Below are positions 1 to 9,685 of a DNA stretch of 64,000 bases, piece after piece. Made by a program: the position numbers and the translations under genes. The first letter of the stretch is position 1. The number at the start of each line of letters is the position of its first letter. Source of the DNA: a phage; NCBI GenBank assembly GCA_012225525.1, contig GCA_012225525.1_3923.1; one strand, written 5' to 3'. Below the pieces are notes generated by a model, which was not told the DNA's origin, made no database searches, and saw nothing but the letters and a program-made list of their open reading frames with translations.

Positions 1-977
1 TCGGAGATTTGAACAGGCTGACTTATGGTGGTTACGGTTTAGGTGAGATTACAACTATTGCAGCACCATCTTCAGTAGGTAAGTCAGCTTACACTCGTGA
101 GATGATTTACTCAGCTTGGAAAGAAACTGATTATAATATCGGTGTAATTCCTGTAGAAGATACCTATGAAGAGTTGATGGAGATGCTCTGTGCAATCCAC
201 CTGAGCAAGCAGATTTCTGAGATTCCTTATGATGAACGGGATTGGGATGAATTAAAAGGAGCACACGCAGAACTGTCTAAAGGCCGTCGTATCCATATCG
301 TTGACCATCAAGGGGCAATTGACCAAGATAACCTGCTAGAGTTTGTTGACTATCTTGTTAACAGTTTAGACTGTAAGATTATCATTCTTGACCCTATCAC
401 GTTAGCCCTGTCACGTTCTGATACGGATGAAGAAGAAGTTTTGTCTGAGCTATTGCGTCGTTGCAAACGCTACCAGTATGCGCAGGTAAACGTATGTCAC
501 GTTCGTAAGAGTGCAGGTGGTCAGAAAGCTAACTCTGAAGGTGGAGATATCTCTGAAGAGGATATCAAAGGTTCTGGTGCGTATTTTCAGATTTCTATGA
601 ATAACATTCTGTTAATGCGTAACAAGGTTGACCCAGACCCTGTTAAGAAAAACTTGACAAAAATCAAGTTAACTAAATGCCGTCGTCACGGTAAGTCGAC
701 AGGTATTGCTGGTCATACTTGGTACAATCCAGATACAGGACGTCTCATTAAAGCCTCTGGTTGTGGAGTTGACATTGATGGCGCAGCAGAAAATATTCGC
801 CAACAGTTTGGTATTGGTGAAGCTGAAGACCATTACGATGACTCTTTGCCACATTATGAGGATGAAGTATTTGACCGTGAGACTGGTGAAGTCTATACTG
901 AAGAGCAGCGTCAAAGCTCAACGATTCCACCTGTATTAAGTGAGGATGCAGATGACTGCCCATTCGAAACTGAGTGA
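1..977 (+). CDS. DnaB-like replicative helicase, C-terminal RecA-like domain (5' end probably truncated by window edge)
   Basis: Track ORF 9..977 begins with TTG and frame stays open to position 3; Walker A-like AAPSSVGKS near N-terminus. Confidence 0.5.
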   Translation, partial: GDLNRLTYGGYGLGEITTIAAPSSVGKSAYTREMIYSAWKETDYNIGVIPVEDTYEELMEMLCAIHLSKQISEIPYDERDWDELKGAHAELSKGRRIHIVDHQGAIDQDNLLEFVDYLVNSLDCKIIILDPITLALSRSDTDEEEVLSELLRRCKRYQYAQVNVCHVRKSAGGQKANSEGGDISEEDIKGSGAYFQISMNNILLMRNKVDPDPVKKNLTKIKLTKCRRHGKSTGIAGHTWYNPDTGRLIKASGCGVDIDGAAENIRQQFGIGEAEDHYDDSLPHYEDEVFDRETGEVYTEEQRQSSTIPPVLSEDADDCPFETE

Positions 978-1229
978 TAGTTATAAAAGAGAGGGGTTCA
1001 CACCCTTCTTTGAAGAAAAAAGTTTAAATAAATTTCAGGAAGAGTGTTTGACAAAGATTGATAGGTTCTATAGAATGCTCTACATGAAATGTGATGGTGG
1101 CGTTGAGGTAGAAGAAAAGTTCCATCACAGTATTATCACAGTCACTATTACTATACCTGAACATAATATTGGTTGGCTGTTTATAATGAAAGAAAATGTG
1201 TTTGAATATCAAGTATATCGGAGAATATC

Positions 1230-1379
1230 ATGAAACACTCTAAAGCATTTGAAAAAGTTTTTGGGGACTCTTTAAAAGCCACTGCTGGAAAACCAGCAAA
1301 ATACTATGAAGAAAAACGTGTAAGAACTGGAAAAACTGCACGTAAAGCAGCTTCTAAAGATAAGCACAACTTCCAGTAA
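1230..1379 (+). CDS. small basic hypothetical protein (49 aa)
   Basis: ATG at 1230 with GGAGA about 8 nt upstream; below the track size cutoff. Confidence 0.2.
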   Translation: MKHSKAFEKVFGDSLKATAGKPAKYYEEKRVRTGKTARKAASKDKHNFQ

Positions 1380-1451
1380 TTAATGTTTGACAATAGAGTA
1401 TCAACAAATTAGAATTGGTACTCTTCATAAATTGAGATAGAGGTTTAAATA

Positions 1452-2309
1452 ATGTCTAAAGTTGTTAAAATGAAAGCTCCGGTAGAGAAGTACAACGGTA
1501 CTGAACGTCAAACTCTGCGTTACCTGCTGAAAGATGTCTGGTTTTATTACCTGAATACTTCACCACGTCCGGGAAAAGGTAAGTCTATTGATAAGAAATT
1601 CCCAGGAAAAGATTGTAACTACAGCGTATCAATTCTGGCAGAAGACGGTAACAAACTGTTTAAAGAGTTTACTAAGTCTAAGAAAAATCCAGAAGGATGG
1701 GATAAAGTTACTACTGAAGCAGTTGATGCAGACGACTTCGAAGAGAAGTTTGGTTGCAAACCACCTTTTGAAGCAGACACTTACTACATCTTGAAAGTAA
1801 GTCGTGCAGCAGCTTATAAAGATGGTGCTGTATGGACAGCTAAACAGTCATTCCCTGTAATGCTGATTGAAGAAGTAAATGGTAAGCGTGTAGCTGTTAA
1901 GCAGCCGATGAAGAAAATCAAAGCTCAAGCATCTGACAAACATGAAGATGATAAGAACTATGATGTAATTCATCCAGATATTGCAGTTGGTAACGGTTCT
2001 TTTGGTAGTGTGATTCTTTCTACTCACTTCTACACTTTTGAGAACAATGTCTTGACAAAGCCTATTCAGGAACAGTTTATCATTGATACTCTTGTACCTT
2101 ACACTGGTGGTAACGGTGCTAACGGTGAACCTGAACTGGATGAAGATGAACTGGCTATGCTTGGTCTTGATGGTGTCGAAGATAACGGTGAAATCACTGA
2201 AGAAGACGCAACAGACCATAAATCTTCGAATGATTCTGATGATGGTGACGATGAAGACTTGCCAGACCCAGATGACGAAGAAGATGAAGACTTCGATACA
2301 GAAGACTAA
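1452..2309 (+). CDS. hypothetical protein with strongly acidic C-terminal tail (possible ssDNA-binding protein)
   Basis: 285 aa; C-terminus DDEDLPDPDDEEDEDFDTED resembles acidic tails of phage SSBs; position in replication block. Confidence 0.35.
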   Translation: MSKVVKMKAPVEKYNGTERQTLRYLLKDVWFYYLNTSPRPGKGKSIDKKFPGKDCNYSVSILAEDGNKLFKEFTKSKKNPEGWDKVTTEAVDADDFEEKFGCKPPFEADTYYILKVSRAAAYKDGAVWTAKQSFPVMLIEEVNGKRVAVKQPMKKIKAQASDKHEDDKNYDVIHPDIAVGNGSFGSVILSTHFYTFENNVLTKPIQEQFIIDTLVPYTGGNGANGEPELDEDELAMLGLDGVEDNGEITEEDATDHKSSNDSDDGDDEDLPDPDDEEDEDFDTED

Positions 2310-2371
2310 TCTCTAAAAGTTACTTTAAAGCCCTGTACTTAGTATGGGGCTTTTTCATATGGAGAGCCATA

Positions 2372-3412
2372 ATGGAGAAGTACACATTAACAAAGCTTCC
2401 CGATTCAGTTACACATGTCTTTATTGACTCTGACAGCATTGCCTATAAAGGTGCTTGTGTAGTTGAGAAAGCAAAGTATAAATACGTTAATAAACTCACA
2501 GCAGAAGAATCTGAACCATTTGATAATGCGAAAGATGCTGCAAGATGGTTAGCAGACCAGAGAATCCTTGTGGAAGAGCTTGGCCTGACATTTGATGAAG
2601 ATGAATGGGAAAGACAGACTTGGAAAGAAGCTAAGAGTGAAAAAGAAGCTATCATGGCTACTCAACAGGTGCTTCAGGAATGGCTTAAGGTTGTTGGGAA
2701 AGAGAGAACTTGGGTAGGCTATTTAACAGAGAAAGGTGTGCATAAACATAAAGACGTTAAAGGTCTTGAGCACCAATATCAAGGCAACCGTAAAGATGCT
2801 GTCACACCAACACACTTAGTTGCTTGTCGTGAATACCTTCTGTCAAGACCAGAGTTTAAGCTCTTAAAGGGGGGCTTCGAAGCCGATTCAATCGTAATCG
2901 CTAAAGCTGAAAAGATGGGTAAGAAAGCTGCTCTTATGAGTATTGACAAAGACCTTCGACAAGCTGAAGGAACTTATTGTATTGATATGACTTATGAAAA
3001 GTCACCACTAATTTTTATTGCTGACAATAATGTTGGTGATATCTGGGATTGCCCTATCAAATCAAAACCAAAAGCTGCAAAAACAGTTGGCGTAGGTTTT
3101 AAATTCTTGTGTTATCAGGCTGTTGCTGGAGATAATGCAGACAACTACTTCGGCCTAAAAGGTGCTGGTAAAGTAGCTGTGATGAATGCTTTAGAGGGTA
3201 AAGAGACCTACAAAGAGTGTCTTGACGCTATCTATGAACTTTATGCTAAAAAAGATTCTTATACCTATGTGTCATGGGATGGACAGACTGTTACCAAAAC
3301 ACCATTAGAGTTAATGGAACAGCATTTCTGGATAGCATATCAAGAGAGAAATCCAAAAGACAATTTCTCTTTCAAGAAATATAATTGGGAGCCGTGTATG
3401 AATGAAGATTAA
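2372..3412 (+). CDS. 5'-3' exonuclease / flap endonuclease (FEN, RNase H-like)
   Basis: N-terminal HVFIDSDSIAYKG, GGFEADSIVIA and AGDNADNYFGLKGAGKVA motifs typical of PIN/H3TH 5' nucleases. Confidence 0.65.
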   Translation: MEKYTLTKLPDSVTHVFIDSDSIAYKGACVVEKAKYKYVNKLTAEESEPFDNAKDAARWLADQRILVEELGLTFDEDEWERQTWKEAKSEKEAIMATQQVLQEWLKVVGKERTWVGYLTEKGVHKHKDVKGLEHQYQGNRKDAVTPTHLVACREYLLSRPEFKLLKGGFEADSIVIAKAEKMGKKAALMSIDKDLRQAEGTYCIDMTYEKSPLIFIADNNVGDIWDCPIKSKPKAAKTVGVGFKFLCYQAVAGDNADNYFGLKGAGKVAVMNALEGKETYKECLDAIYELYAKKDSYTYVSWDGQTVTKTPLELMEQHFWIAYQERNPKDNFSFKKYNWEPCMNED

Positions 3413-3899
3413 AGGATTTGGCAATTGCCCCACCTACGGTCATTGGGTATCTTTATGTGGGGAAGTTGACCCCACTAAACATTTTGGCTTTGTCTATTTA
3501 GTGCACTGTAAGAAGACTGGACAATATTATATCGGAAAGAAACAGCTTAACAGTGTGACAAAAAGAAAAGTTGCTGGGAAGACTCGGAAGAAGGTAGTCA
3601 CTAAGGAGAGTGATTGGATGACTTACGAGACTTCTTCTGAGTATATTAAAAAAGATATTGAGAGCTTTGGAAAAGAATTTTTTGACTTTTACATCATTCA
3701 GACCTACTACACAAAAGGTGGCCTAGTCTATGGTGAAGCAAACCTTCAACATAAATTCGATGTAATGACAAAAAGGATTGACTCGAAGCTCAGACTCTTC
3801 TACAATGCCAATATTGCAGCAATTAAGTTTATTACTAAAGAAACTTATGAAGATGCTGAAAAAAGAATCCATAAGGTAATGAAAGCAAATTGTGCTTGA
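3402..3899 (+). CDS. GIY-YIG family endonuclease (homing-endonuclease-like)
   Basis: FVYLVHCKKTGQYYIGKK matches GIY-(10 aa)-YIG spacing. Confidence 0.5.
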   Translation: MKIKGFGNCPTYGHWVSLCGEVDPTKHFGFVYLVHCKKTGQYYIGKKQLNSVTKRKVAGKTRKKVVTKESDWMTYETSSEYIKKDIESFGKEFFDFYIIQTYYTKGGLVYGEANLQHKFDVMTKRIDSKLRLFYNANIAAIKFITKETYEDAEKRIHKVMKANCA

Positions 3900-3905
3900 T
3901 AACTA

Positions 3906-4169
3906 TTGAGAGAGAATAAAATGTTTAACAAAAGCAAAGCTGTGAATCATGTAGCAAAAGTTGACAGTAAGATTGAAGAACTTGAGCGCATTCTTGCAAA
4001 TGCTAGAGAATCAATAATTAAAGAAGTTGAAGCTGTTGAATCACAAATGCAGCACCTAATGCTTAAACGCCAAGAGCTACGTGAGCATCTAGAATATATT
4101 GAAACACGAGAGCTAAAAGTTAACAGATATTTTAAGGAGTCCGAATGTTTAACTCAAGAGAATCAGTAA
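3906..4169 (+). CDS. hypothetical coiled-coil protein
   Basis: Track ORF; probable start ATG at 3921 after GAGAGA. Confidence 0.4.
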   Translation: MRENKMFNKSKAVNHVAKVDSKIEELERILANARESIIKEVEAVESQMQHLMLKRQELREHLEYIETRELKVNRYFKESECLTQENQ

Positions 4170-4900
4170 AAAACTGGAACCTTCGTTGTGGAAACACTCA
4201 AAAGCAACCTTACAGTAATGAGTATTGGGAATCTTTAAAATCTCAATCTCTGTGTATGCTTGAAGAAGCAAAAGAGCTTGTAAAAGCAATTGAAGAGAAA
4301 GACCCCATTGAGACATTGGATGCTCAGGCAGATTTGCAATATGTTCTTGACGGTTTGATTTACCTGTCACAACATGACCACAACGGTGCTATGGAAGCTG
4401 TTTGCCATAATAATGACCTGAAGTACACAGATGACTATGAAGAAGCTTTAAAACGTCTTGCAGACATTGAAAAGCGTACTGGTCAAGAGTGTATTATTCG
4501 AATGTCAGTGGTTGATGGTAAAGAGTGGTATGCGATTGTCCGTGCAGCCGATGGGAAGATTATGAAGCAATCAAATCTCCCTAAAGTACAGCTTGGTGAA
4601 TACATTGTAGAGCTTGAAAGCCAAGAACTTTTTGTGGTAGTATCTGAGACATGCGTTATCTGCAAAGGTATTGTAGGTAGCTTAAAGGATTTGGGTGTAG
4701 ATGGTTTTGTAGAAGTTAATCCAATTACCTCTAAAGCAGATAAAGACTTCTGTAAAGAGAATGGACTATGGATTGCAGATATTGTCTACTATGATGGTGA
4801 GCAGTTCCATGTAACCTCATACCCGAAACTGAATTATGATGCTAATAACCTGAAGTGCTGGTTAAAAGGGGTTGGTTATAATGGATTCACAGAACATTAA
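4145..4900 (+). CDS. hypothetical protein, possibly MazG-like NTP pyrophosphohydrolase N-terminal domain
   Basis: LEEAKELVKAIEEKDPIETLDAQADLQYVLDG resembles the all-alpha EExxE...D motif; weak. Confidence 0.3.
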   Translation: MFNSRESVKNWNLRCGNTQKQPYSNEYWESLKSQSLCMLEEAKELVKAIEEKDPIETLDAQADLQYVLDGLIYLSQHDHNGAMEAVCHNNDLKYTDDYEEALKRLADIEKRTGQECIIRMSVVDGKEWYAIVRAADGKIMKQSNLPKVQLGEYIVELESQELFVVVSETCVICKGIVGSLKDLGVDGFVEVNPITSKADKDFCKENGLWIADIVYYDGEQFHVTSYPKLNYDANNLKCWLKGVGYNGFTEH

Positions 4901-5204
4901 TAAAGAGGGTGTGGCTCAGAAGAGCCACTTCTCAAACTACAATATTTCTATGACGGTGTTTATGAATGACCCGTTACTTGAGAAGTATGGTGAGACTCCA
5001 GATACACTTCTGGATAATGAACAAGTTTTAAAAGCAGTCCTGTACAAATACGGGATTGACATTGAGAAAGAGTATTCTTTTGAAATCTGCCAACACAGGA
5101 ATACTTTCGGTAAAGTTGTGATGGCTCCGCTCTTTATGGGTGTAGAAAGGACTGACTATGGTTGGCTGTATCTGAAAAGAAACTTGGAGAAATACCGTGT
5201 TTAA
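4872..5204 (+). CDS. hypothetical protein
   Basis: Track ORF in co-directional gene array. Confidence 0.4.
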   Translation: MVIMDSQNINKEGVAQKSHFSNYNISMTVFMNDPLLEKYGETPDTLLDNEQVLKAVLYKYGIDIEKEYSFEICQHRNTFGKVVMAPLFMGVERTDYGWLYLKRNLEKYRV

Positions 5205-5532
5205 AGCAAAAAAGCTATCTTATGATGATATCATTTCTGGCGCTAAATTAGGTGTTGACAGTCTCGGACAAGACGTTAAACACGGAGACACAGTGATGTA
5301 CTGTGATGACCGAAGAGGAAGAAGTGCAATCTTGTTTGGAAAAGTTGTATGTAAAATACGCGGTAATTATGTTGTTTCAGATATGGATGTCAACGTCGCA
5401 CAAAAGCTCAAAACAATCATGGATAGCAAGATTTCATCATGGCTCTTAAATTGTATGCACGCATCGTCAATCACAAAGGTAAGTGATAAGTTTTACGATA
5501 TGTGGCAGAATGAGCAAATTTTCAAGATTTAA
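5197..5532 (+). CDS. hypothetical protein
   Basis: Track ORF; followed by hairpin terminator. Confidence 0.4.
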   Translation: MFKAKKLSYDDIISGAKLGVDSLGQDVKHGDTVMYCDDRRGRSAILFGKVVCKIRGNYVVSDMDVNVAQKLKTIMDSKISSWLLNCMHASSITKVSDKFYDMWQNEQIFKI

Positions 5533-5538
5533 ACTAGG

Positions 5539-5560
5539 GAGCCTCTTCGGAGGCTCTTTT
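5539..5560 (+). terminator. intrinsic terminator hairpin
   Basis: GAGCCTC-TTCG-GAGGCTC followed by TTTT. Confidence 0.6.
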
Positions 5561-5578
5561 CATCTGTAGGATTTAAAA

Positions 5579-7813
5579 ATGATTAAGACAATTAAAAAAT
5601 CAAACGGTACAGTAGTAAGCTTTGACCCAGAAAGACTGAATAAATGGGCATCATGGGCAGATAAGCGTGGAATTATCTGGTCAGAAGTCACTATGGAAGC
5701 TATGAAACGTGTCTATGAAGGTTGCACCACAAAAGAGATGCACCAAGCCATGATTGATGTTTGTGTTGATAAACAAACTCAAGAGTACTCAGATATGGCT
5801 GGACGACTGCTTTTGGGTATTATCTACAAAGAAGCCTTTGGAGGCTTTACTAAGGTTCCTACGCTGGTTACCTTCGTTAAAAATATGGAGAGAGCAGGAC
5901 TTTGGGAGAAGATGGACTATTCTCAGGAAGAGCTTGAATACCTGCAAGGGTACATTGTGCACTCAAAAGATATCTCTTATGGTTATGCAGTCCTGAAACA
6001 GTTCAGAGACAAGTATGGTATCCGTGATATTAAAACGGGAAGACTTTTTGAGTCACCACAATTTATGTTTATGGGTATGGCTATGAAAGCCTTTGAGAAG
6101 CAACCAAAGCACCGTAGACTACAAGATGTTATCAAGCTGTACACTTACCTATCTGACCTGAAGATTAACGCTCCTACTCCTTACCTGAATGGTTTAAGAG
6201 CCACTAAATCAGGTTATGCGTCATGCTGTTTGATTAAGGCGAATGATACCGCTGAATCTCTCGGTATTGCTGCAAAGGTTGCTTATGATATGACTACAAA
6301 GCAAGCTGGTATCGGGATGCTGATGGAGACTCGCACTATTGGTGATGGTATCCGTCAAAATACTATTGAACACATGGGTAAGCTACCTTATTACAAGCTT
6401 GTACGTTCATCTGTAGAGGCAAACAAACAGAAGAGTCGTGGTGGTTCAGCTAACAACTTCTATACTGCTCTAGACCCGCAGATTGAAGATTTACTGCGTT
6501 TGAAGCACCCTACAACGGTTCCTTCGAAACGTATTAACGAGATGGACTACTCATTTGGTACAAATGATTATTTCTGGCAGTGTGTTCAATATGATACAGA
6601 CTGGTTGCTATTCTCTTACAAGGATGCACCAAAACTCTATGACATGTTCTACACAGCATCTGCTGATGAGTTTGCTATGGCAGTTGGTCACGCAGTCCAT
6701 TCAGGTGTTAAGCACAGACGAGTAAAGGCTCGTGAAATTGCTAAACTGTTTATCCAGCAGCGTTATGCAACAGGCCGTGTGTACCCATTCTTCACGAATA
6801 ATGCAAACACACATACGCCATTTAAAGAACCTTTGAAGATGTCAAATCTTTGTATGGAAATTGTGTTGCCAGTGTACGGCTTTGAGAAAGAGACAGACCT
6901 TTACAGAGATGATGCTGTGAAAGAGGATGGTGAGGTAGCTCTTTGCTTCCTAGCTAGTTTGGTTGCAGGGAGAATTTCAGAAGATGAATACGCTGACGTT
7001 GCTTATTATGCTCTTGCAATGGTTGACTCCGTTATTGACCTTATGGATTATCCGTATCCGTCGATGCGTAACCATGTTCAGAAGCGTCGTTCTGTTGGTA
7101 TTGGCCTTACAAATGTGGCTCATTACCTTGCAAAAAACTACGTGAACTACTCTTCAAGAGCAGGTAAGACGAAGCTTCATGAGCTTGCTGAAATGCACTC
7201 TTACTACTTACACGAAGCTTCTTTAAGACTTGCTAAAGAACGTGGTGTACCTGAGTATATGCAGTTCACTAAGTATCCTGAAGGCTGGGTTCCTCCAAAG
7301 ACAGCTAACAAGAAGATTGATGAGAAGCATGATGCAAAACTTCGTTATGATTGGGATGACTTAGCACAACGTATTAAAGAAAATGGTGGAATCCGTAACT
7401 CTGTATTAGAGGCTTACATGCCTAATGAGAGTTCTTCACTGGCAACTAATACGACAAACGGCTTGTACCCAATTCGTGACTTTATTTTAACTAAAAAGTC
7501 TGCAACTGGTAACGTACTGTTTATTGTTCCAGATTACGAAGAGTTGAAGTATGTCTATGAAATTGCTTGGGATATTGACACCTTTGACCTGATTGATTGT
7601 TATGCAATTGTTCAAAAGTTCACTGGTCAAGCTATCTCTTCAGATTTCTATGTTGACTACGCAAAAGCTAAGAAGGTATCATTGGCTCAAGCTTTGAAGT
7701 ACATGATTTATGCTAACTCAGTAGGTATGAAAACTATGTACTACCTTAACAGTCGCATTGGTGTAGGTAAATCTGCACTGCAAGATGCTTATTGCGAGGG
7801 TTGTGGTGTTTAG
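5579..7813 (+). CDS. nrdA: ribonucleoside-diphosphate reductase large subunit (class I RNR alpha)
   Basis: 744 aa; ATP-cone-like N-terminus; followed by NrdB and redoxin genes. Confidence 0.9.
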   Translation: MIKTIKKSNGTVVSFDPERLNKWASWADKRGIIWSEVTMEAMKRVYEGCTTKEMHQAMIDVCVDKQTQEYSDMAGRLLLGIIYKEAFGGFTKVPTLVTFVKNMERAGLWEKMDYSQEELEYLQGYIVHSKDISYGYAVLKQFRDKYGIRDIKTGRLFESPQFMFMGMAMKAFEKQPKHRRLQDVIKLYTYLSDLKINAPTPYLNGLRATKSGYASCCLIKANDTAESLGIAAKVAYDMTTKQAGIGMLMETRTIGDGIRQNTIEHMGKLPYYKLVRSSVEANKQKSRGGSANNFYTALDPQIEDLLRLKHPTTVPSKRINEMDYSFGTNDYFWQCVQYDTDWLLFSYKDAPKLYDMFYTASADEFAMAVGHAVHSGVKHRRVKAREIAKLFIQQRYATGRVYPFFTNNANTHTPFKEPLKMSNLCMEIVLPVYGFEKETDLYRDDAVKEDGEVALCFLASLVAGRISEDEYADVAYYALAMVDSVIDLMDYPYPSMRNHVQKRRSVGIGLTNVAHYLAKNYVNYSSRAGKTKLHELAEMHSYYLHEASLRLAKERGVPEYMQFTKYPEGWVPPKTANKKIDEKHDAKLRYDWDDLAQRIKENGGIRNSVLEAYMPNESSSLATNTTNGLYPIRDFILTKKSATGNVLFIVPDYEELKYVYEIAWDIDTFDLIDCYAIVQKFTGQAISSDFYVDYAKAKKVSLAQALKYMIYANSVGMKTMYYLNSRIGVGKSALQDAYCEGCGV

Positions 7814-7868
7814 TTTTAATAACTATGAGGGTCGTAAAAGACCCTCTAAAATTAACTTTGGAGAGACT

Positions 7869-8126
7869 ATGAAAGACTTAATAGCAAATCACGAATGGCC
7901 CATATACTTGTTCCACAAACCTCGGAAAACGATGTACTATGTGAGTAGCACAGACATGATGATAAAACAAAATGATGACTCATGGGTCGATGGTGTCTCT
8001 TACATCTCTACAGCAGATGGTAAAATCTATGCAAGACCTTATGACATGTTTAACAAAGAAAATTGGGAAGTTTTAGACAGAAAACAAGCCTTAGAGATGA
8101 TAAAGAAAGGAGAAATCACGCTATGA
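7869..8126 (+). CDS. small hypothetical protein between nrdA and nrdB
   Basis: ATG at 7869 (MKDLIANHEW...) inside track ORF 7785..8126. Confidence 0.35.
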   Translation: MKDLIANHEWPIYLFHKPRKTMYYVSSTDMMIKQNDDSWVDGVSYISTADGKIYARPYDMFNKENWEVLDRKQALEMIKKGEITL

Positions 8127-9196
8127 TTAACCAACACCCAATCTTTTTAGGTGGTGAGAGAAAGACATTTGACTCACTTAACAAGCACTACCCAAAAATC
8201 TTTGAACTCTATAAACAACAAAAAGCACAAGACTGGTCAGAAGATGAGTTCCCTTTTGAACAATCACGTCTTGATTTTGAGAGTGTACCAGCATCAATGT
8301 CAGGTGTAATGCTTGAGATTCTTAAGTGGCAGTGGGAAGCAGATACCCAAGTTGCTAAGAGTTTAGCGTTTGCTTTTGCACCATTCATCTCTGATGACAT
8401 TTATGCAACTGCAATTATGAAGCAGTCTGAGATTGAAAACCTACATGCTCTTACTTACTCGGAGATTGTAAGACAGTGTATTAAAAATCCTGAAACAATC
8501 TTAGATGAGATTAACCAGAACATTGCTGTACAAGACCGATTAAAAACTGTGAATCGTGTTCTTGAAGAATTACTGGATGAAGGTATAAACTATCGACTGA
8601 GTTATGTCCGTGACTCACTTCTGGATAAAGACCCTTTGCACTTCCATAAAGTGATTCTGAAAGGGCTGTTTGCAGTGACTGCACTTGAAGGCATATCTTT
8701 TATGGCATCCTTTGCATGTACTTTTGCACTTGATGCTCAAGATAAATTTCAGGGTATTGCTCAAGCTGTGCAGAAGATTATGCTTGATGAAATCCTTCAC
8801 ACTAAAATTGATATTGAAGTTTTAAAAGAAACTTTAAGAGATGATGAGTGGCAGAAAGCTTTTCAACAAATTCTTCCAGAGATTAAAGTAATCTTAGATG
8901 AAGTAGTTGAAAGTGAAGAGAAATGGTCGTATTATATCTTCTCCGAAGGACGTGCTGTAGTTGGCTTAAATACAAAGCTTCTTCATGAGTGGGTTTACTA
9001 TAATGCTGCCCCACTGTATGATATGTTTGGAATTCCCAGAGATTTTGTAGCTCCTAAAGAACCACCTTTGAAGTACATGATTAAGAAGATGGAAATTGAT
9101 AAAGAGCAGAATGCTAATCAGGAGCAACAGAACGGTGCGTACCTGTTGAATACTGTTGTAGATGATTTGAATAGTGGATTTTTAGAGGTTCCTTAA
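8123..9196 (+). CDS. nrdB: ribonucleoside-diphosphate reductase small subunit (class I RNR beta)
   Basis: ATG at 8123 (MINQHPIF) with AGGAG upstream; about 357 aa; track ORF from 8063 likely over-extended. Confidence 0.85.
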   Translation: MINQHPIFLGGERKTFDSLNKHYPKIFELYKQQKAQDWSEDEFPFEQSRLDFESVPASMSGVMLEILKWQWEADTQVAKSLAFAFAPFISDDIYATAIMKQSEIENLHALTYSEIVRQCIKNPETILDEINQNIAVQDRLKTVNRVLEELLDEGINYRLSYVRDSLLDKDPLHFHKVILKGLFAVTALEGISFMASFACTFALDAQDKFQGIAQAVQKIMLDEILHTKIDIEVLKETLRDDEWQKAFQQILPEIKVILDEVVESEEKWSYYIFSEGRAVVGLNTKLLHEWVYYNAAPLYDMFGIPRDFVAPKEPPLKYMIKKMEIDKEQNANQEQQNGAYLLNTVVDDLNSGFLEVP

Positions 9197-9438
9197 TGAC
9201 TTATGTAATTTACTCCAAAACTGGATGCCCTCAGTGTGAGACTGCAAAGAATTTTGCAAAAGCTCGTGGTATTGACCATGTTGTGAGAATGTTAGGGCAG
9301 GACTATGAACTATCAGACCTGATGGATATTGCACAGATGCCAGTTCGTCAGATGCCATTCATCATGAAAACTGATGGACAAAACCTAAAACCTGTTGGAA
9401 CGCTACAGAATTTTATGGCAGAGGTGAATAATGCTTAA
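9196..9438 (+). CDS. nrdH: glutaredoxin-like / NrdH-like redoxin
   Basis: 80 aa; CPQC active-site motif near N-terminus; adjacent to nrdAB. Confidence 0.65.
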   Translation: MTYVIYSKTGCPQCETAKNFAKARGIDHVVRMLGQDYELSDLMDIAQMPVRQMPFIMKTDGQNLKPVGTLQNFMAEVNNA

Positions 9439-9637
9439 ACGCCTTTGGGAAGGTCTGGTTGTTGATGCACCAGCCATTGTGATTGGTATGCTTGTTGTTA
9501 ACCTATTTACTGATTTTGAACAAGGTTCATTGTTTGGAGCCATGTTACTATGGGTTATCTTTGAAATATTAGAGATACAGTTAGGCATCACTGAAAAACT
9601 GAGAAAACTCGTTTCTAAGTTTTCTAAAAAGATTTAA
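9431..9637 (+). CDS. small hydrophobic protein
   Basis: 68 aa with hydrophobic stretch. Confidence 0.3.
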   Translation: MLKRLWEGLVVDAPAIVIGMLVVNLFTDFEQGSLFGAMLLWVIFEILEIQLGITEKLRKLVSKFSKKI

Positions 9638-9643
9638 AATGAA

Positions 9644-9667
9644 AGGGTCTCTTCGGAGACCTTTTTA
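9644..9667 (+). terminator. intrinsic terminator hairpin
   Basis: GGGTCTC-TTCG-GAGACC followed by TTTTT. Confidence 0.6.
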
Positions 9668-9685
9668 GCATGTAAAGGGGCAATA

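Noticed and set aside
940-1233. ORF (97 aa) overlapping the end of the helicase gene
   Set aside because: Starts inside the helicase gene in another frame with no RBS; a shorter internal start is possible, so it is left uncalled.
8063-8122. N-terminal extension of nrdB as drawn in the ORF track
   Set aside because: Extension overlaps the upstream ORF and lacks an RBS; ATG at 8123 has AGGAG upstream and gives a typical NrdB N-terminus.
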